A DNA stretch of 32,000 nucleotides from Archaeoglobus fulgidus DSM 4304 (GTDB lineage: Archaea; Halobacteriota; Archaeoglobi; Archaeoglobales; Archaeoglobaceae). A program made the translations under genes and the position numbers. Where the stretch lies: positions 2,070,001 to 2,102,000 of the forward strand of contig NC_000917.1 in assembly GCF_000008665.1 (NCBI RefSeq). The letters are read 5' to 3'. Positions 26,875 through 32,000 of the stretch are shown here, in pieces; positions within the stretch are counted from its first letter, which is position 1; each line of letters starts with the position of its first letter. The notes below the pieces were generated by a model that saw nothing but the letters and a program-made list of their open reading frames with translations, was not told where the DNA came from and did not search any database.

Positions 26875-29800
26875 ATGCTTTACCCGCTTTTCAGAGTGGC
26901 AGTAGATTCATACCATCTCTTCACAAAATACCAGTATGATCCTGTAAGCGTTCTTGCAGCCTCCAAAATTAATCTTCTCCCATACCAGCTTGAGGATTTT
27001 CTCAATCTGCTGGATATAGCCGATAGCGGAAGGCCTGTCAGGGTGCTTATAGCCTACGAAACTGGATTGGGTAAAACGATTCTCGCAGGGCTTTTCATAA
27101 AGGAAATGGTAATCAGAAATCCAAATACAAGAATACTGATCGTAACCCCTCCAAATGTTCAGTATCAGTGGCAGGATGAGCTGAAAAATAAATTTGGCAT
27201 GCATGTTCCCCTGCTTACGGAAGCTGATAAACAGGGCAAGGATCCTCTAAAACAGAAGTGGCTCATAGCCTCAATGGATACGCTGAAGGGGGAGAACTGG
27301 CTCAGGAGAGTTGAAGATCACAGATGGGACATCGTTGTTGTTGATGAACTCCATAGAGCCACCATTAAAAACAGAAGAGCCCAGCTGATTCAGGTTCTGA
27401 GGGATAGAACCAAACACATGCTGGCTTTAACCGCAACTCCCCACGACGGGAAGGAGGATCAGTTCGTTTTTCGCCTCAGCCTGATTAACAGGAACGTTGA
27501 TGAGCAAAACTGGAAGGAGTTCGTAAAGAAATACACCTTCAGGAGGAGAAAAAGGGACGTTCTCGATCTCGAAGGAAGGAAAATATTCCCGCAGAAAGTG
27601 TATCCTCTAACAATAGAGATAGAGCCAGATGAGGAGGAGAAGGAATTCTACTGGGAGGTTGAGAAATACGTAAGGAGCTACTACAAGCTGGCTGAGGAGG
27701 AGAATAAAAGATCAATAGGGCTTGTTGCGACCATTGTTGGCAGGGCTGTTTCTTCAAGCATAAACGCTGGAGTTCAGGTTCTCAAAAACAGGTACAGAAG
27801 GTTATTTGAGGGGTTTGCGGAGGAGCTCGAAGATGCTGAAGACATTCTCGACGAATTAAAGCAGGCTGAGGAAGAGGGCGATGATGAGAAACTTGAAAAG
27901 CTAAGAATGAAAATCATAGAATCCGTTCCTGTCAGGAAGGATCTCGTTGAAAAGGAGAAGGAAGTTCTTGAAAGGTTGATAACCCTCGGAGAGAAATTGC
28001 TTGAGAGAGGGAGGGATAAAAAAACCGAGAGGCTTGTTCAGGTTGTAAATGAGCATATGGAGAAGGGTAACAAAGTTATAATTTTTACACAGTTTCTGGC
28101 AACGCTCGATCACCTTGAGAGAACCTTCAAAGAGATTTATGGCGAGAATAGTGTTGTTACTGTACATGGCGGGCTAACGCATGAAGAGAAGAAAAACAGA
28201 ATTGCCAAATTGTGGGATAGCGCAAAAATCCTGATTGCAACAGATGCTGCTGGAGAGAGCCTCAACCTGCAGGCTGCAAACGTAGTAATTCATTACGAAA
28301 TCCCCTGGAATCCCGTTGTTTACATCCAGAGAGTGGGGAGGGTTTACAGATACGGGCAGGAAAAGGACATCTACATTCAGAGTATGCTTCCAGTTTTCAA
28401 GATTGAAAGGAGGGTTCTCGAAGTTATTCTCCAGAAGGTTGAAACCATTGAGAAGGATTTCGATATTGGCAGTGTTGAGATCATTGGCACGATAATATCC
28501 GAAAGGGACATTGAGAACGAAATCTGGAGGGCTTACGTTGAGGATAGAATTGAAGATGCTGGAGAAGAGGTTTCCAAGAAATTCGATAAGGGCAAATCGG
28601 TTCTCCAGAAAATAAGGCTGGTTCTTGAGAAGGCTGAGGCTGCGAAGAAACACGTTAGGGCTGAAAAGCTGCTTGAGGATAGGGGGATTGTTGAAATCAT
28701 CACCGAAGAGGATCTCAGGAAGTATCTGTTCTACTTTGGTGAGGCAAAGTTGGGTGAGGGAAAGTTCTACGATGAGTTTACATTCTTTGAAATAAAGGAT
28801 GTCAGAATCCATCCCGAAAAGATTCTTACCGAGATTAAACCGTCAAAGGCCGAAATTCTCGATCTAAAAGATGTAACCACCCTTAGCGAAAAGGAGCTGA
28901 AGCTTGACAACCCAGCGATAAGAAAGGCCCTTTATATAGGAATGTGCCAGAGGGGAGAGGCGATTTTTAGTGGTAATGAGGAGGGATATGGAGAGATCAG
29001 GCTGCTGAAACTCTTTGATTTCTACGGTGAGCCAATATACGAGATTCCAGTGGTGGTTTTCAACGGATCTATTAAGCCTTTCAGATTTCTGCAAACCCTT
29101 GAACCCGTTATACTCTCGGACGAGATTGAAAAGGAACTTACAGCTGATCTGGAGAGCAAAGAAATAGAAATTCGTGATTCATCTTATATTAGCGAAGTAA
29201 AGGAAGAACAGAGGCTGTATCTCAAGGAAAGAGTAAACAAAGTTCTCGATGCGCTTTCAATTGAGGAAGAGTACTACAAGAGGTTTCTATCAGACGAGCA
29301 GGCAAAGAAGAAGCTTCAGGAAATTCAGGAAATGAAGAAAAAAGAGTACAGGCGATCGTTGAGAATCCATGATAGGCTTTCTGAGCCCATTGCAAAATTC
29401 TGGGTGCTGAAACCAGAGAAACTAACTGAAATGCTCCACAAAATTGCAGAAAAAACTGATGATGGCCAACTGCTGAAGGAAATAGAGAGCTCAATCGAGG
29501 ATTTTGATCCCGAATTATGGAAAAGGAAGCGAGAGGTTGAGCTTGCTGGCATGAAACTCGTGATGAGCTGTGAGGAGAAGTGGGGCAGATTTCCCAAGGA
29601 TGTATCTGCAGACGGAAGAGGATACGATATTGAGAGTTTTGATCCAAATTCGGGAGAGAAGAGGAGAATAGAGGTGAAATCCTTCAAAACGAGCCAATTG
29701 AAGTAACTTTAACAGAGAACGAGTACAAAGCTGCTAAATTCTACGGGGAAAAATACTACCTCTACATCGTAAAGAGGGTTTTTGAGGCTGGTTGCTCGGA

Positions 29801-29891
29801 AATAGAGATAATTCAAGATCCAGCAAACAAACTCCCCTTTGAAATCGAGTGGAGGCCTTACTACGTATGGCGTTACGGAAACTATATTTAA
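26875..29891 (+). pseudogene. SNF2-family helicase fused to a C-terminal DUF3883-like PD-(D/E)xK nuclease domain; the nuclease domain is split by one frameshift
   Basis: Motif I GLGKT is at 27064-27078, motif II DELH at 27343-27354, then motif III TATP. Motif VI QRVGRVYRYGQ is at 28326-28358. The C-terminal GRGYDIES (D at 29626) ...RIEVK (29668-29679) continues after the A4 run at 29686-29689 in the -1 frame. That continuation reads NEPIEVTLTENEYKAAKFYGEKYYLYIV... and runs to the TAA at 29889-29891. Confidence 0.8.
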
Positions 29892-29925
29892 AATATGAAG
29901 ATTTAATTTTGCTGGAGGTGTTGAG

Positions 29926-30345
29926 ATGTCCAAAATTGTGGGTGTAACCTATCCTATCCCCAAGCGATTCATGGACCGCTTTTTCAAGAAAGGAAAGGAT
30001 GTTTTCGTAAAGCCAGCAACCGTCTGGAAGGAGCTAAAACCGGGAATGAAGTTCGTTTTCTATCAGTCACACGAAGATACTGGTTTTGTTGGTGAGGCAA
30101 GGATAAAGAGAGTTGTGCTGTCAGAAAACCCAATGCAGTTCTTTGAAACGTTTGGAGATCGAGTTTTTCTCACAAAGGATGAGCTTAAAGAGTACATGAA
30201 GTCGCAGGAAAGGTGGGGAAGAAGAAGAGAAAGCAAAAAGAAAAAGCTCTGGATGGCCATAGAGCTTGAAGACGTCAAGAAATACGATAAACCAATCAAG
30301 CCAAAGAGGCTCGTGCCAGTTGGAGGGCAGTATCTCAGAGAATGA
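29926..30345 (+). CDS. ASCH/PUA-like small protein (139 aa), tentative
   Basis: The pattern GMKFVFYQSHEDTGFVGEARIKRVV ... LWMAIELEDVKKYDKPI resembles the ASCH/EVE-superfamily beta-barrel layout. GGAGGTG precedes the ATG. Confidence 0.4.
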   Translation: MSKIVGVTYPIPKRFMDRFFKKGKDVFVKPATVWKELKPGMKFVFYQSHEDTGFVGEARIKRVVLSENPMQFFETFGDRVFLTKDELKEYMKSQERWGRRRESKKKKLWMAIELEDVKKYDKPIKPKRLVPVGGQYLRE

Positions 30346-31048
30346 CCTCAACTTTCTTCAAATACTCTGTATTGCTACTTCCCGCTTTGATAAACTTAGC
30401 CGCTTTCTTGACCAACTTCCAAACTAATACTCTACCAGTCGAACCCATCAACCTCTATCTTTCAAATTTTGTGCACTCAGATTTCTATCACCTTACAGGT
30501 AACATAGTTGTATATATTGTCTCTGCTTTCCTCTCATTTATCTTCTTTAGGAATTCGGATATGAAAGGGTTTTCTGGATATCTTTTACCCTCATATTCAT
30601 TTTTGTACCATATCTGACTTCAATTTCCACAATTTATTTCTTAAATCGGTCTTCAATAGGTTTCTCCGGAGTTGTTTCAGCTTTTATCGGGCTGTATGCT
30701 TTTACAATTGTAATATTTCTAACTAAACACTCTGCGAACAGCGCAGTAAGCTTCTTGTTTGTTTTAATCATTGGTGCTGGTGTTATCTCTCTAACTTACA
30801 GGGATTTCGTTTTTGGGGCATTATCAGTATCATTTGCAGTATTGATTGCACCAATATTGATGAGAAAGGTTGAATTTGACAGAAAAGAGTTAATACAGTT
30901 AATATTGCTGATAGCTTTGTATATATTCTTTATGATTGGGATATTCCCACAGCAACTTGTTATTGGCAGGAATTTCGTAAACATTTTAGGCCACTACTTA
31001 GGATTCTTTGCAGGTTACATGATTCCATGGCTGTTGCGTAGATGGTGA
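30342..31048 (+). pseudogene. Rhomboid-family intramembrane serine protease-like membrane protein; one frameshift
   Basis: The fragments are 30342-30617 and about 30551-31048 in the -1 frame. The motifs FVHSDFYHLTGN (HxxxxHxxxN), GFSGVVSAF (GxSG catalytic Ser) and ILGHYLGFFAG (His) are all present. One added nt in the GGGTTTT run (30567-30573) rejoins the pieces. Confidence 0.5.
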
Positions 31049-31052
31049 TAAA

Positions 31053-31358
31053 ATGAGAATAGTATTCGTCTGCTCTCCCTTTCAGGGCAAAGCGGAAAAC
31101 ATCGAGAAAGCCAAGGAGTACTGCCGATTTGTCCTTGAGAAAGGCTGCATTCCCTTAGCCCCACACATCTACTTCAGCCAGTTTATGGATGACAACAATC
31201 CAGAGGAGAGAAGAAAGGCTCTGGAGATGAACAAAAGGCTGATGGAGTTCTGCGATGAGCTGTGGATTTTTGGAGAAGAAATAACGGAAGGAATGAAGGA
31301 GGAGATAGAGCACTTCAGGAAAATTATGGGAGAAAGCAGAATAAGGAAGATAGTTTAA
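31053..31358 (+). CDS. Small protein resembling the nucleoside 2-deoxyribosyltransferase-fold family (DUF4406-like) common on phages and mobile elements; tentative
   Basis: The pattern VFVCSPFQG...N...A..YC......G..PLAPHIYF...DD..PEER...L......CDELWIFGEEITEGMKEEI matches this family as I remember it. It is not verified. Confidence 0.35.
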   Translation: MRIVFVCSPFQGKAENIEKAKEYCRFVLEKGCIPLAPHIYFSQFMDDNNPEERRKALEMNKRLMEFCDELWIFGEEITEGMKEEIEHFRKIMGESRIRKIV

Positions 31359-31461
31359 GGTAGGGAAACACGATAAGCTCAAATCAAAGCGGAGGAAGGG
31401 TGATTCTCTAAAGATTATTTTTGTCGTAAAATTTAAATGTGTGATTAAATAAATTTGAAAT

Positions 31462-32000
31462 ATGAAGGTTCTTAGCATCTCTCTGATATTCTTTGCTTTG
31501 TTGCTTACTGGCTGCTCTCAGGTGGAAAAGATTGCACCTGACAACTTCAACAAAATTTTTGAAGAAGGAAAACAGTTCGTGGAAAATACCCAAACTGAAA
31601 TTGAAGATATTGATATAGAACAGTTGATTGAAAAAGCAAAAGAATTGGGATTCAATACGGAAATCCTTACCGCCCTATATGATGAATTAAAGAGAATCCA
31701 CTCAATCAGGAAATTATCGAATTGCTCAAATTCCATGTTACTGCCCTAATGGAAAAGAAATCAATTAATGAATCACATAAAAAACTTGCAGATTCGTTGG
31801 CCAAGGAAATAAAAGCCATAGGCCCGATTGATGAAACCTTCTTTGATGATTACAACACTTAAGAATTCGGAACGCAGTTCCCTGAATTTGACCTCTCTAA
31901 GGAGAGCTTTGCAGGAATTCAGGAGATCAGAAAGGCAGTTGGTTATTCAGCCCTCATCGATTCATACAACAAGCTATACGAATCAGCCAAAAAACTGCCA
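31462..32000 (+). pseudogene. Putative lipoprotein (signal peptide plus lipobox LLTGC), apparently disrupted by a frameshift and an in-frame TAA; runs off the window
   Basis: The N-terminus is MKVLSISLIFFALLLTGCSQ. The frame-1 ORF ends at 31749, but the -1 frame is open from 31686 (IKENPLNQEIIELLKF...) to a TAA at 31860-31862. After that stop the same frame stays open to base 32000. Confidence 0.4.

Noticed and set aside
18077-32000. A search for a direct repeat of the tRNA-Val 3' half (e.g. GTTCGAATCGGGCCGAGCCCA) that would define the distal att site of the island
   Set aside because: Visual scanning found no convincing copy in the window, only chance CGAATC hexamers such as the one near 31976. 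The island boundary is therefore left undefined rather than claimed.

Overview
The window looks archaeal, and the proteins resemble Archaeoglobus (my recognition, not a search). It has two parts. Positions 1-17460 are a GC-richer, tightly packed core region of about 26 intact housekeeping genes. These include rubrerythrin, NMN adenylyltransferase, Ogt, a large radical SAM enzyme, RNase P Rpp30, L15e, S3Ae, cobY-pcm-cobS, a NOL1/NOP2 RNA methyltransferase, aIF2-beta, aroE, gatCA, speE and an AcnX-type dehydratase. At about 17.5 kb there is a decayed rve-type transposase remnant, then tRNA-Val(GAC) at 18004-18076. Directly 3' of the tRNA an AT-richer accessory island runs to the window end. Its core is a four-part module: a DUF499-like P-loop ATPase, a DUF1156-like Zn-ribbon DPPY methyltransferase, an EVE/PUA-like protein, and an SNF2 helicase fused to a DUF3883-like PD-(D/E)xK nuclease. 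This resembles a poorly characterised restriction-modification-like defence system. A RelE/RelB toxin-antitoxin pair sits inside it on the opposite strand, and a TGAATCA-type short-repeat array lies upstream. Almost every island gene has a reading-frame break, mostly a 1-nt change in a homopolymer run, including a G9 tract in the methyltransferase. No core gene is broken. No CRISPR array or rRNA is present.
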